63,333 nucleotides of DNA from a bacterium (GTDB lineage: Bacteria > UBP15 > UBA6099 > JAJRTR01). A program made the position numbers and the translations under genes. Numbering within the stretch: the first letter of the stretch is position 1; every line of letters begins with the position of its first letter. Positions 48,905 to 58,502 of this stretch are shown in pieces. The stretch is from contig JAJRTR010000038.1 of assembly GCA_024278215.1 (NCBI GenBank), positions 1-63,333 of the forward strand, in the 5' to 3' direction. The notes beneath the pieces were generated by a model, which was given only the letters and a program-made list of their open reading frames with translations, searched no databases and had not been told where the DNA came from.

Positions 48905-51457
48905 TCATTTATAGAAATTCCGGAAGAAGTCCAGCCTGTTCTTCATGGGGCGAATCTCCGGCCTGAAATCCTCCATTCTTATCGGGCATATCTCGCTGTC
49001 GCCCAGGACATCCACATATAACTGCCTGTATCCATAGCAATAATCATTCAGGGAACAGTCGGTGCAACAGTCGTTTTTATACATCCGACCGCTCACCCTG
49101 TGAAGATCGGGATAGCAGCGAAGATCGCCGCCGAGGGCGCAGGGCGGCGCGCCGCAGAAACCCGAGAATCCAGCAAAAGGAATTTTATTCCGATAACACT
49201 TTTCAACGGCTTCTATGACATGGCTTCGGATATCCGGGAATACAGGCACAATCCCCTTGTACAACAGTTGAGTATTGTGCGGCGCGGCAACCGAGAAAAC
49301 AATCGGTATGCCCCCGAGTCTGCCGGAAACGTATTCCACGAAATCAGGCAGCATTGTGCAGTTCATCGTATTGATAACGTGGCTGATATAAACGAAAACT
49401 CCACATTCGATAAGGTTGTCGATGCCCGCAATCGTTTTTTTAAATGCGCCTTTCATACCCGTGAGCAGATCGGATACCTGCGGATCGTGCGAATGCAGGG
49501 ACACGAAAGCGCTGTCGAGCCCGTTCCTGACAAGCGCTCTTGTTTTCTCCATGTCGTGGAGCAGGACAGCGTTCGTCTGAAGGCTTAGCTCCTCCGCTTT
49601 CACATCGTGCAGGAGGCTGACATATTCAGGGAGCCGTGGGTTCATTGTCGGTTCGCCACCGGTTATCGAGATAATATTTATCCGCCGGGCGGAATCGCGT
49701 AGCGCATTGATCTCCGCGAGTATCTGTTCATGTGTCGGATCGGGACAGGAGGTGTCGATGTAGCAGAAAAGGCATTTCTGGTTACACTTGAACTTCACCC
49801 TTAAAAGTACATCGTCGATGATCGTGTCGCCGTCGGAGCCGGTCTTCTCGGCTTTGACCACCAGGTTGTCCCGGCTGAACTTCATGCCCTGTTCCGCGTC
49901 GAGAAAAGAAGTGGGTGAAATTTTCTGTGAATACCTCAGGATCGCGCTCGCCTGATGTGTGTTGACGTTGTGCGCGACACCTGTGTGGAAAAACTTCCTG
50001 TACTCGGGCCGCAGCCCGAGACATATTGAATTGAAAGAGCAGTTGTTGCAGACATTGAACTTATCGAACATCGTTTCAACAGGATGGTCTACAGGCGGGA
50101 AATTGAAAAAGGAGAGCATTTTCTCGATGTTATTGAAAAGACACGGCGGCGGCGCTTCGAACGGGGCAAACGTGATAAGCACATCGCCGCCCACGCGGCG
50201 CTCGGTGATCCCTGTGAGCATACTCTCTATTTCCGCCGGCCCGAGCGGAAAATCTTCACCGGAGAAAATGGGCTGCAACTCGATCCTCTCGATGCCGGGG
50301 AATTTCCCGACGAGATATTCGATGTGATCGGTCAGGCCGAAAAATGTTGATCTCAGCAGTGGAATAATAACGAAAACATCCAATCCGAGTTCGAGCGAAT
50401 TGCCTATGGCCTCGAGTGACGCTTTGCATATACCTTTGCTCCGGCCGGCCTCGTCGCATTTTTTGTCGATGTGGCTTATCGATAGTACCCTTATATAAGA
50501 CAAACCCGCCCGGGCCAGTTTTTCGACATAGTTCATGTCGGCGAGTTGTATGCCGTTTGTCCGGATGCCCACCGAACGGAACCCCAGTTCCTTCGCAGTG
50601 GAAATGTATTTTATCAGTTGTTTGTTGACTGTCGGTTCGCCCCCGGTGAAAGTCACAGTGGGCGAAATAGTGCCTTTGATTCTCGCGATGTCGGACATGA
50701 TTTCCCTGGAACTTCGCTCCATTACCGTATCACCCTGCATGGGGCAGCAGAAGCAGCAGTCGATATTACACTTTTGTCCGAGATAGACCGAGCAGGGTAC
50801 AGCGCCGTCCGACACATCCGCCTTCCCGAAACACAGGTCGAAAGCTTTGTTGCCGAGTGTCGACTTTTGTTTCGCACCTGTCGGCGACACGGCTTCATCG
50901 GCGCATGTCTTATCCTGTACTTTCGCCTGTTTGTATCTTTCGATCTCTTTTTTTACACGTCGCTCATAGTCAACTGTTTTTTCGCAATCCGCCGAGCACG
51001 GAATATGGGCAATGTACTGGAAACGGCTTCTGGCGACTTCAGCGTTCATCGACTCCAGGCCGCACGAATCCAGTTTTTTCACGCAACACGCCGGGTACCC
51101 CAGAAGAATGCCGACGCTGCATGTATCATTTTCATAATCGGCCTCCATAAGTTTTTCCACATCCGCGCGGTCACGCCCGATGTAGAAAAGAAACTCGTTC
51201 CTGTAGTTTCGCAGGGTATCGTGTTTTCGTTCTTTACGTATCTTATTCAGTTGCGCGGCAGTGATCATTTTATAAAACAGGCCGTTTCTCTGAAAAAAGT
51301 CTTCGTATGCCGGGATATCCGGCTCCGCCACTTCGATTATGCCCGCGGGCCGTAGTCCACGCAACACTGTGAATATCTCCGACCAGAAATTGTTCAACAC
51401 GTTTTCGGCTTCGTCAGATGTCATTGTTGAATACACCTCCAGGGTGTGTCCACTCAT
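48905..51457 (-). CDS. DUF483-like domain fused to two radical SAM domains
   Basis: GILLGYPACC and HIPCSADC; CNIDCCFC/TGGEPT; CNQKCLFC/TGGEPT; CxxCx5CxG after each domain; ATGA overlap with the upstream gene. Confidence 0.85.
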   Translation of the reverse strand: MSGHTLEVYSTMTSDEAENVLNNFWSEIFTVLRGLRPAGIIEVAEPDIPAYEDFFQRNGLFYKMITAAQLNKIRKERKHDTLRNYRNEFLFYIGRDRADVEKLMEADYENDTCSVGILLGYPACCVKKLDSCGLESMNAEVARSRFQYIAHIPCSADCEKTVDYERRVKKEIERYKQAKVQDKTCADEAVSPTGAKQKSTLGNKAFDLCFGKADVSDGAVPCSVYLGQKCNIDCCFCCPMQGDTVMERSSREIMSDIARIKGTISPTVTFTGGEPTVNKQLIKYISTAKELGFRSVGIRTNGIQLADMNYVEKLARAGLSYIRVLSISHIDKKCDEAGRSKGICKASLEAIGNSLELGLDVFVIIPLLRSTFFGLTDHIEYLVGKFPGIERIELQPIFSGEDFPLGPAEIESMLTGITERRVGGDVLITFAPFEAPPPCLFNNIEKMLSFFNFPPVDHPVETMFDKFNVCNNCSFNSICLGLRPEYRKFFHTGVAHNVNTHQASAILRYSQKISPTSFLDAEQGMKFSRDNLVVKAEKTGSDGDTIIDDVLLRVKFKCNQKCLFCYIDTSCPDPTHEQILAEINALRDSARRINIISITGGEPTMNPRLPEYVSLLHDVKAEELSLQTNAVLLHDMEKTRALVRNGLDSAFVSLHSHDPQVSDLLTGMKGAFKKTIAGIDNLIECGVFVYISHVINTMNCTMLPDFVEYVSGRLGGIPIVFSVAAPHNTQLLYKGIVPVFPDIRSHVIEAVEKCYRNKIPFAGFSGFCGAPPCALGGDLRCYPDLHRVSGRMYKNDCCTDCSLNDYCYGYRQLYVDVLGDSEICPIRMEDFRPEIRPMKNRLDFFRNFYK

Positions 51458-53217
51458 TTTTTCAGAACCAGGAACCACTGATTGGCGGTATCCGGCGTGA
51501 CCGGCGAATGATGGACTGTTTTAAAATCGTGTACGCTGCGAATCAACCGCAGGGCGTCTTCGGAATAGTGGTTTCTGAAATGCTCATATACAGGTTCACG
51601 AGGATTCGCGGGCGGGTCCTCCGCGACATCTTTTTTGAGATTGGCGAAGATGCCGTTTTCAAAGATGTAAAGAGTGCCGCCCGGCTTCAGCAAATCGACA
51701 ATCCTGCGGACGACATACACAGGATCGCGAAAATGGTTGTAGCTTCGCAGCAACAATACGTGATCGTATACGTTGGGTGCGCTTTCAAAATCTTCGAAAT
51801 TCCTGTTGATAATGTCGAGGCCGATTCCTTCGTGCGGCCTGCTGTCGACGCCCGTATATTCGATCTCTCCGTTGCGCACCTTGCTCTCGAACAGGTCAAG
51901 CAGCACAGGGGTCCCACATCCGATGTCGAGCACTTTCCCCTCGAGCTTCCCGAGGAGTGCTCTTTCCTTTTCAACAACCCCGGCGTATACATTTCCCCCG
52001 ACCGGCACAAAAACGCACGAACACACTCCCGCCCTGTCGCACTCATGGCATCCTTCATGCAGTACAATCCGTTTGAAGGCGGTTCGGAAGTCCAGGTTTC
52101 TCGTGTGGCCCGCTGTGTTGAGATAGAGCTGTTCGCGCTCGAACTTCACCATCTTCATCACCGGACAACTGTAAATATCGTTCGCGACTTCGAAGATGTC
52201 AAGATTCCCATCAACGAGAACCGCCGTTTCCCTGTAACGATGGTGCCTGCCGCAGAAACTGGCCCCGCCGGGACATTCGCCCTGATCACCCACAGGATAT
52301 GAGCGTGTGAAATCGTAGCCGAGACTATTCGGCATACGTTCGCAAAAAGGGGTCGCATTTTCCGCGGAAACCCGCGCGTTCGCGCCCGGACAGTTCAACT
52401 GTTGCGAACAATGGAGACATTCTTTGAAATACTTTCCCGGTGTCGCTTCATAATAAGCCGGGCCATCTTCATCAGCCACACATGCAGACAGTATCTTTTC
52501 TGCGCAGAAATCCGTTCCCGATTGCCTGTGGGCGGGCATCACACAGGGAATAAAGCTGCTGCGGCTGAAGGTGATCTTTCTGCCGGGTACACACCTGTAC
52601 AGGTCTATTGCAGCGTCCACCGCGGCGGCGGCGGCAGCGACATCCGGGAAATACAGCTCCCTCATTTTCGCATCGGCGAAGTCATTTTCGGGCAGTGAAA
52701 ACATTATCTCCGAATCTGCCCGGATAGCGCCCGCGAGAGCGACGATATGATTCAGGTACTCGATATTGACCCGTGTTATTACAGTATGAAACTTCAGGGT
52801 TTTTACGCCCGCGGCAATGTTGCGCAGTCCCGCGACAGTCTGTTTGAACGAGCCTGCGACACCGGTCAACGCGTCGTGTATCTCTTCATTGTGCCCCGGC
52901 AGGAGCACCTGAACGTATTCCGGCTCATAACCGACGAATCTTTCAGCGAAACTTTTATATGCGAACATCCTGCAGTTGGTTATCAAGCCGATATTCATGC
53001 CGTGTTCTCTGATACTGTCGGCGAGCTGCCGGAAGTCTTCGCGTATTGTCGGCTCTCCACCTGCCAGGATCACTGTTGAAAAACACATTTCTTTCAGGAC
53101 CCGGATATTGTCCGCTATGTCCTGTGTCGACAACCGGGGCGCTTCGCGCTCCATAGTGAGCGCACAGAAAACACAATTATTGTTGCAACTATGTCCAACC
53201 CTGAGGATAGCTCTCAC
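51454..53217 (-). CDS. Radical SAM (HxsC-like) fused to a class I SAM methyltransferase
   Basis: CNNNCVFC, AGGEPT, HDALTGVAGSF, CLHCSQQLNCPG, CHECDRAGVCSC, VLDIGCG, LKPGG. Confidence 0.85.
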   Translation of the reverse strand: MRAILRVGHSCNNNCVFCALTMEREAPRLSTQDIADNIRVLKEMCFSTVILAGGEPTIREDFRQLADSIREHGMNIGLITNCRMFAYKSFAERFVGYEPEYVQVLLPGHNEEIHDALTGVAGSFKQTVAGLRNIAAGVKTLKFHTVITRVNIEYLNHIVALAGAIRADSEIMFSLPENDFADAKMRELYFPDVAAAAAAVDAAIDLYRCVPGRKITFSRSSFIPCVMPAHRQSGTDFCAEKILSACVADEDGPAYYEATPGKYFKECLHCSQQLNCPGANARVSAENATPFCERMPNSLGYDFTRSYPVGDQGECPGGASFCGRHHRYRETAVLVDGNLDIFEVANDIYSCPVMKMVKFEREQLYLNTAGHTRNLDFRTAFKRIVLHEGCHECDRAGVCSCVFVPVGGNVYAGVVEKERALLGKLEGKVLDIGCGTPVLLDLFESKVRNGEIEYTGVDSRPHEGIGLDIINRNFEDFESAPNVYDHVLLLRSYNHFRDPVYVVRRIVDLLKPGGTLYIFENGIFANLKKDVAEDPPANPREPVYEHFRNHYSEDALRLIRSVHDFKTVHHSPVTPDTANQWFLVLKK

Positions 53218-53597
53218 AATATTTCATTAACTCCGCAAAATGACGTCAAACAACAGGAACCGCTGAAACTTTTGACTGAAAATCATTATAACACAGTAAT
53301 CGTCGCGATGTGTGAAGGGGGAAAGGCGCGGTGTTTTTCCTGGAGTGCAACGACAGTGTCGTTACAAAAAATGTTGTATTAATATCTAATGAAGCGCCCC
53401 GGAGCAAACTCCGGAGTATCAAAATACTTGAGACAACTTCCGACACACTATATTTCTCTATCCATACCAAAAAGCGAAGAGCCGTATTTTGATTCGCGCT
53501 ATGCTGTATGATATAATTATTCTGCGTATTCCGGGCACATATTATACCGGTAGAAGCAGGTTTTCGTTCAGCCACGAATTACACGACAGGTGAATGA

Positions 53598-54734
53598 TTG
53601 ATGAGCATCCAACTGGTTCTTCTGTTTACCCTTCTGACAGCGGCGACGGTTACGGACATGAGAACCAGCAAAGTCAAAAACCGGACACTCTTGTTTTTCC
53701 TGATGCTCGGACTTGTTTTCTACGGTGTGCTCACGGCAAAAGCGCTGTTGACGCACAACGAAGCGATTATCTGGGAATTGAAAATAACAGGAGTTAACTT
53801 TTTGCTGGCTTTTCTCGTATCGTTCATGCTGCGAAGCATGAAGATATGGCCTGCGGGAGATGCCAAGACGTTCGCTCTCTGCAACCTGTTCATACCTCTC
53901 CATTATTACAAACACGTGTATTACAAATACTTTCCCGGCTTTACATTACTCATAAACATCTTTGTAATAGGCATTATCTATATCCTGCTGAAAGCGCTGG
54001 CGTATATGTGGATAAACCTCGAGATATTTTCAGGGACCGGGAAACTAAGGTCGGTCATCACGGAAAACTTCGGTAAGTTCAAAACCGGCTGGCCGGATTA
54101 CCTGAAGCTCTTTTCCTCATATCTCATGATCTTTCTTGTAATGAGTTTTTTCTATTATTACTTCGCGGCGGCCATAGAAAAATACCTGCGCATCAGCCCC
54201 GAATTCATAATTATTATTGTCTTCATCATTATGAAGCCGGTGGGCGATGTCATCAATAAGAACCTCGGGGGGATCAACCACGGTCTTTTCTACATATTTT
54301 ATTTATTGCTTGTTTTCTATGCGTCGGGCTGGTCGCTTGCGGAAGCTCAGTATACCCTGACGAGGGTTCTCGCAAGCTCGATTAAATTCATGGCGCTGTA
54401 TGGTATCGTCAACGGACTGGTTAAGTATTACATAACGAACACGCAGGTGGTTGTAAAAAACGTTGACGAACTCAAGGAAGGCGATCTCCCGATCCGGGAG
54501 TCGCTCGGCATTCTTTCGCACGAAGCGAGAGCGATGCTGGAGGTACCTTCCGAGGGCCTGACCGCCGAGAACATCGCCGTTATCCGGCATGACATCGCAA
54601 ACAGGAACGCCGGCGACAATTTGATTCATATTTATGAACCGATCCCGTTCATACCGATTATTTTCGCGGGCGTTGTTTTTACTGTCGTAACAGGAGTTTC
54701 TTCCGTAGTATATTTAAAAAATCTTTTCTTCTGA
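53598..54734 (+). CDS. A24 prepilin/preflagellin peptidase (FlaK/EppA-like, long form)
   Basis: TDMRTSKVKN (first Asp), AGDAK (second Asp), many TM helices, ELKEGD..., EGLT..., IPFIPIIFAG C-terminus. Confidence 0.8.
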   Translation: MMSIQLVLLFTLLTAATVTDMRTSKVKNRTLLFFLMLGLVFYGVLTAKALLTHNEAIIWELKITGVNFLLAFLVSFMLRSMKIWPAGDAKTFALCNLFIPLHYYKHVYYKYFPGFTLLINIFVIGIIYILLKALAYMWINLEIFSGTGKLRSVITENFGKFKTGWPDYLKLFSSYLMIFLVMSFFYYYFAAAIEKYLRISPEFIIIIVFIIMKPVGDVINKNLGGINHGLFYIFYLLLVFYASGWSLAEAQYTLTRVLASSIKFMALYGIVNGLVKYYITNTQVVVKNVDELKEGDLPIRESLGILSHEARAMLEVPSEGLTAENIAVIRHDIANRNAGDNLIHIYEPIPFIPIIFAGVVFTVVTGVSSVVYLKNLFF

Positions 54735-54755
54735 AGAATTACGCGAAAGAGAACT

Positions 54756-56318
54756 ATGTCACCGATTGAATTCATGGCAATGATCGAGCAACACACGCAG
54801 GCCGCCAGAGCGCCGTTTGCGGCCATTACCCTTTCCGTGGTCATATATTGCATATTCGCACTTTGGAAAAATGATAAGGATATTATTTCCGGCATTCCCC
54901 GAAAGTACATATACGGTCTGGCGCTCACCTTTGTGGTCGCATTCGTTATCCGGGTAGTAATCTACCCGCATCACGCGGGAATGATGAATGACGATTTTTA
55001 TAATATGCAGCACGCGAAAATGATACTTGATCCGAATTTTCATCCTTTTAATCCGTTCGAGAAATCTATCGGCTGGCCGTTCCTCCTGTCGATCCTGTTC
55101 TGGCCGCTGGGGCTGAATCAGTACACTGCCTACTTCGCCAATTCGATCTTCGGCGCACTTACGGTAATCCCGCTTTTTCTGCTTGCAAAAAGAACAACCG
55201 ACTCCAATGTGGGAGGCATCCTGGCAGCTTTTGTTTTCGCGGTGCATCCGCTTCACTCGATGTGGTCCATCTGCGGTGAAAACAATGTTGTCTCCATCTT
55301 TTTCATGGTTATCGCTCTCGCGGCGCTTTTCGGCTTCTTCATTCACCACACACACGAATACATTTATTTGTCGTTATTCTCCGCTTCTTTCGCCGCGCAA
55401 ACCCGGGTCGAGCATTTCATCCTTTTCCTGTTCATTCCCATAGGGATATACTTTCTGTGCAGAGCGCTTTTTTCTTTCAGGCGAATCGTTGCCGTAATGT
55501 GGATACCCGTCGCGCTCGCGATCCCCAACCTGCTCCACGAGATAGTGTTGAAGATGTCCACAAACTGGACTCTCAACGATACTAAAGGGGCTGTCACGGG
55601 CGCGAACGTGTCTCTGGATAACCTGGTGTCGAACCTCGGCAGCGAAATGATGCGAATCAGGAGCGGCGACAGTTTCTCCTCGCTGATTGTACTACTTGCC
55701 CTGGTGGGCATAGTCGTCGGCTGGAAATACCATAAAAAGATAATCGTATTTTTCGGGGCGCTGGGAGCGACGTATTTCGTCATGATCAGCCTGCTCTGGA
55801 AAACACTCGCTTGCCGCGAACGATTCTTCCTTTATACCGATGTCTGCCTGGTCCTGATAGGGTGCTTCGTGCTGAAATATCTTGTCCGGAAATATAAAAA
55901 GCATGAAAAAATAATCGTGCCGGTACTCTTATTGCTGATAGCTGCGTTCTCCCTGCATTTCCACGTTAGGAATATCGACCCGGGTTACGATTACTTCTAT
56001 TACGGACGAAAAATGACGGATGCGTTTCAGCAAATAATCGCGAAATCATCTGAAAACACAATCATAGTTGTCGGCGACCCGGCTCCGATACAGGCGCTGT
56101 CGGATATTATGGTGATGCTCCCGGATGTTGCGCTGGACAATATCGAAAAACTGGGAGATCATGAGGACCTTTACTACCTGTGTTATATACCGGGGGACCC
56201 TTCTTATGAAAGAATCAGGCAGGCATTCCAGATGCAGATAATCATGCCCCTGAAACTCGGCGTGGAGCTAACCCCCGACTCTTCAAGATTCGGGTACTAT
56301 AAAATCATACCAAGATAG
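54756..56318 (+). CDS. GT-C membrane glycosyltransferase (PMT/ArnT-like)
   Basis: NDD acidic motif after an early TM, GWPFLLS, N.IFGALT, AVHPLH, TRVE; about 12 TM helices. Confidence 0.72.
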   Translation: MSPIEFMAMIEQHTQAARAPFAAITLSVVIYCIFALWKNDKDIISGIPRKYIYGLALTFVVAFVIRVVIYPHHAGMMNDDFYNMQHAKMILDPNFHPFNPFEKSIGWPFLLSILFWPLGLNQYTAYFANSIFGALTVIPLFLLAKRTTDSNVGGILAAFVFAVHPLHSMWSICGENNVVSIFFMVIALAALFGFFIHHTHEYIYLSLFSASFAAQTRVEHFILFLFIPIGIYFLCRALFSFRRIVAVMWIPVALAIPNLLHEIVLKMSTNWTLNDTKGAVTGANVSLDNLVSNLGSEMMRIRSGDSFSSLIVLLALVGIVVGWKYHKKIIVFFGALGATYFVMISLLWKTLACRERFFLYTDVCLVLIGCFVLKYLVRKYKKHEKIIVPVLLLLIAAFSLHFHVRNIDPGYDYFYYGRKMTDAFQQIIAKSSENTIIVVGDPAPIQALSDIMVMLPDVALDNIEKLGDHEDLYYLCYIPGDPSYERIRQAFQMQIIMPLKLGVELTPDSSRFGYYKIIPR

Positions 56319-56351
56319 AGCCGGTTGCAATAATATGTTCGCAACGAGACT
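56318..56351 (+). repeat. MITE family 1 left-end fragment overlapping the stop codon
   Basis: GAGCCGGTTGCAATAATATGTTCGCAACGAGAC. Confidence 0.5.
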
Positions 56352-56402
56352 GCCGGCACGAAAAAGCTGGTGTCGGAGTCAGGCAGATAAGACGGTGAAA
56401 TA

Positions 56403-57965
56403 GTGTCCCGGAGAAAAACAACAAAGGACCAACACGCGTTCCTCTTTGGATTGCTCTATTGGACAGCGACCCTCGCACTCGTGTTTTTTATTCTCAATAC
56501 GGTTTCTTCCCATATTCTGGGAAAACAGGAAACTTCTTACTCGAAATACGACATTAAAGCCATCACCAATAACGGCGATGTCGACTACCTTGTCTGCGAC
56601 GAAGGCGGAAACAACTATTACTTCGATTTCTATTTCCACATCGTCAAAGACGCTTATGCGAAAACTATAAATATCGGCCCCGAGATTATCGACACAAACG
56701 AACCCGTGAAATGTGTGCGCCACAACTTCGATGCAACAAAAATAATGACCGAACTGCCTGATCCCGGACCACCCGGTCGCGACGAAAAACGCATCGTTTT
56801 CATCGGTGACTCATTCACTTACGGCGAAGCTGTTCCGGCAGGCATGGCCTATCCCAACGCCATGAACACCTACCTCGAACTCCGGGGCAATCCGAATAAA
56901 TGGAATATAATCAACTATGGAATCATTGGCGCGGACCTGCCGTTCATTTATAATGTCAATTTCAAACAGGCTCTCAATGTGTCGCCCGACACAATCGTCT
57001 ACACCTGGATTCCCAACGACACACCTTACCATGGCAAAAGAGCCGAATTCCTTGAATTGTACGATTTGATAAACAGGCGCAATCTCCGCTTGAGACTCAG
57101 GGGAATCCCTTTCGTCAAACTCATTCGTCTGCTCCTGGAAAACCGTCGGCTGACTTCTCAAACGCTGAAATGGTATCGCGATATACACGGCCCGGACAAC
57201 AAACAGGGGATGGCGGAACTCAGGGAATTATTTGCAAAAATGAAGGAAGAATCGAACGCGATTTCCGCGGATTTCAGAGTCGCTCTCTTTCCTCTTCTCA
57301 TCGGTCGGCCCGGCGATTATCCACTCGCCGGCGTCCATAACTCCGTCAAAGAAATACTCGATGAAGAGGGGATAAAGTTTATTGATCTAACCGACAAAGT
57401 ATTGGTTGAGCCTGCAAACGAGCTGTGGGTACACAATGCGAATCATCACCCGAATGTTAAGACACACAGGCGGGCGGCAAAAGCGCTCTTAGATTACCTC
57501 GGCATCGCAAAAACCGGCATCGAAAACGGCGGAGACGGGAAAACAGACGGCCCGGACATTTCGGAAAACTCGACAGCGCTGCCTCCCGTGTGCGTTGCTC
57601 ACGCGATGGGCGCGGCAGACTACGCTTCCATGCTCGACGCACTTACCACGGAACTGAAAGAATATCCTGCCGGCACCCGTTTCATCACCAATTCGGCGGT
57701 AGTGTTCGACATCGTAAGAAACAGGCTCTCGGGCAACATCTTTTTCGACGACGGCAACCTTACAGAAACAGAAACAGGCGGTTCGATCTTACAATGTATC
57801 TACCTGTTTTACATGGTGGTCAACCGCGACAATGTCAGGTTGGATTTCGCACCCGATTACATGAGTAAAATGACCTTTCCCGAAGGCTCGCTTTTCGTGA
57901 TACCCGTTAACCGCATCTTTTACATCCCCATTGCACATGAACAAAACGAGTGCGCCCACAATTGA
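56403..57965 (+). CDS. Membrane-anchored SGNH/GDSL hydrolase-fold protein
   Basis: IGDSFTYG, INYGIIG, PND, NHHPN. Confidence 0.8.
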   Translation: MSRRKTTKDQHAFLFGLLYWTATLALVFFILNTVSSHILGKQETSYSKYDIKAITNNGDVDYLVCDEGGNNYYFDFYFHIVKDAYAKTINIGPEIIDTNEPVKCVRHNFDATKIMTELPDPGPPGRDEKRIVFIGDSFTYGEAVPAGMAYPNAMNTYLELRGNPNKWNIINYGIIGADLPFIYNVNFKQALNVSPDTIVYTWIPNDTPYHGKRAEFLELYDLINRRNLRLRLRGIPFVKLIRLLLENRRLTSQTLKWYRDIHGPDNKQGMAELRELFAKMKEESNAISADFRVALFPLLIGRPGDYPLAGVHNSVKEILDEEGIKFIDLTDKVLVEPANELWVHNANHHPNVKTHRRAAKALLDYLGIAKTGIENGGDGKTDGPDISENSTALPPVCVAHAMGAADYASMLDALTTELKEYPAGTRFITNSAVVFDIVRNRLSGNIFFDDGNLTETETGGSILQCIYLFYMVVNRDNVRLDFAPDYMSKMTFPEGSLFVIPVNRIFYIPIAHEQNECAHN

Positions 57966-57967
57966 AA

Positions 57968-58096
57968 GGCTGTGCGACACAAAAGTGCTTTTTTGCGAAA
58001 AGTGGGACAGGTACCGCAAAAAACAGCGTTACCAGTCCCTGTTTTTCGCACATTAAAAATGTGGTTGTTTTTAACCCACTTTTATGTCGCACACCC
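57968..58096. mobile_element. 129-bp MITE, IS256-like ends
   Basis: 20-bp IR GG(C/G)TGTGCGACA(C/T)AAAAGTG; flanks CAATTGAAA / CGATTGAAA (9-bp TSD, one mismatch). Confidence 0.75.
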
Positions 58097-58202
58097 CGAT
58101 TGAAAAACCGGTTTGCCAACGGGATATGAAAAGGTATAATATGAAAGAGCCATTAACATGTTGTCTCTTATGGTAAACCGGGGGCATAAATCGAGCGCAA
58201 TC

Positions 58203-58275
58203 GGCCGCGTACCCGAGTGGCTTCAGGGAGGGGTCTGCAAAACCTCTAACATCAGTTCGATTCTGATCGCGGCCT
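58203..58275 (+). tRNA. tRNA-Cys(GCA)
   Basis: GGCCGCG/CGCGGCC acceptor stem, CTGCAAA anticodon loop, TTCGATT T loop, U73; no encoded CCA. Confidence 0.93.
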
Positions 58276-58335
58276 TAGTGTTTTAAGAATGAAATTCTGC
58301 GTTTCGTAGAGTTCGCGAGTGGTCACAAAGCCCGC

Positions 58336-58363
58336 TATCCCGCATATTACACCAATGCGGGTA
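58336..58363. repeat. Family 2 hairpin
   Basis: TATCCCGCATATTACACCAATGCGGGTA. Confidence 0.6.
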
Positions 58364-58502
58364 AAAATACATTCAGCCACTTCATTTTCCCATCACCATT
58401 ATATGTAGCTCACAGCACTACCATGTCGCAGGTTTTTATGTCAGAATAAGGATATTATCCTAAAAAGGATTTTTTGAATCTTTGTTGCGGACAGGCAGTT
58501 AA

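Noticed and set aside
53389-53511. 40-aa ORF (MKRPGANSGVSKYLRQ...) between the rSAM and A24 genes as a possible precursor peptide
   Set aside because: No RBS, no hydrophobic class III signal, and no His-Xaa-Ser or Cys pattern; it lies in the probable divergent promoter region.
58203-58275. tRNA-Cys or tRNA-Leu as an integration site for an island
   Set aside because: I found no duplicated tRNA 3' end and no integrase in the window.
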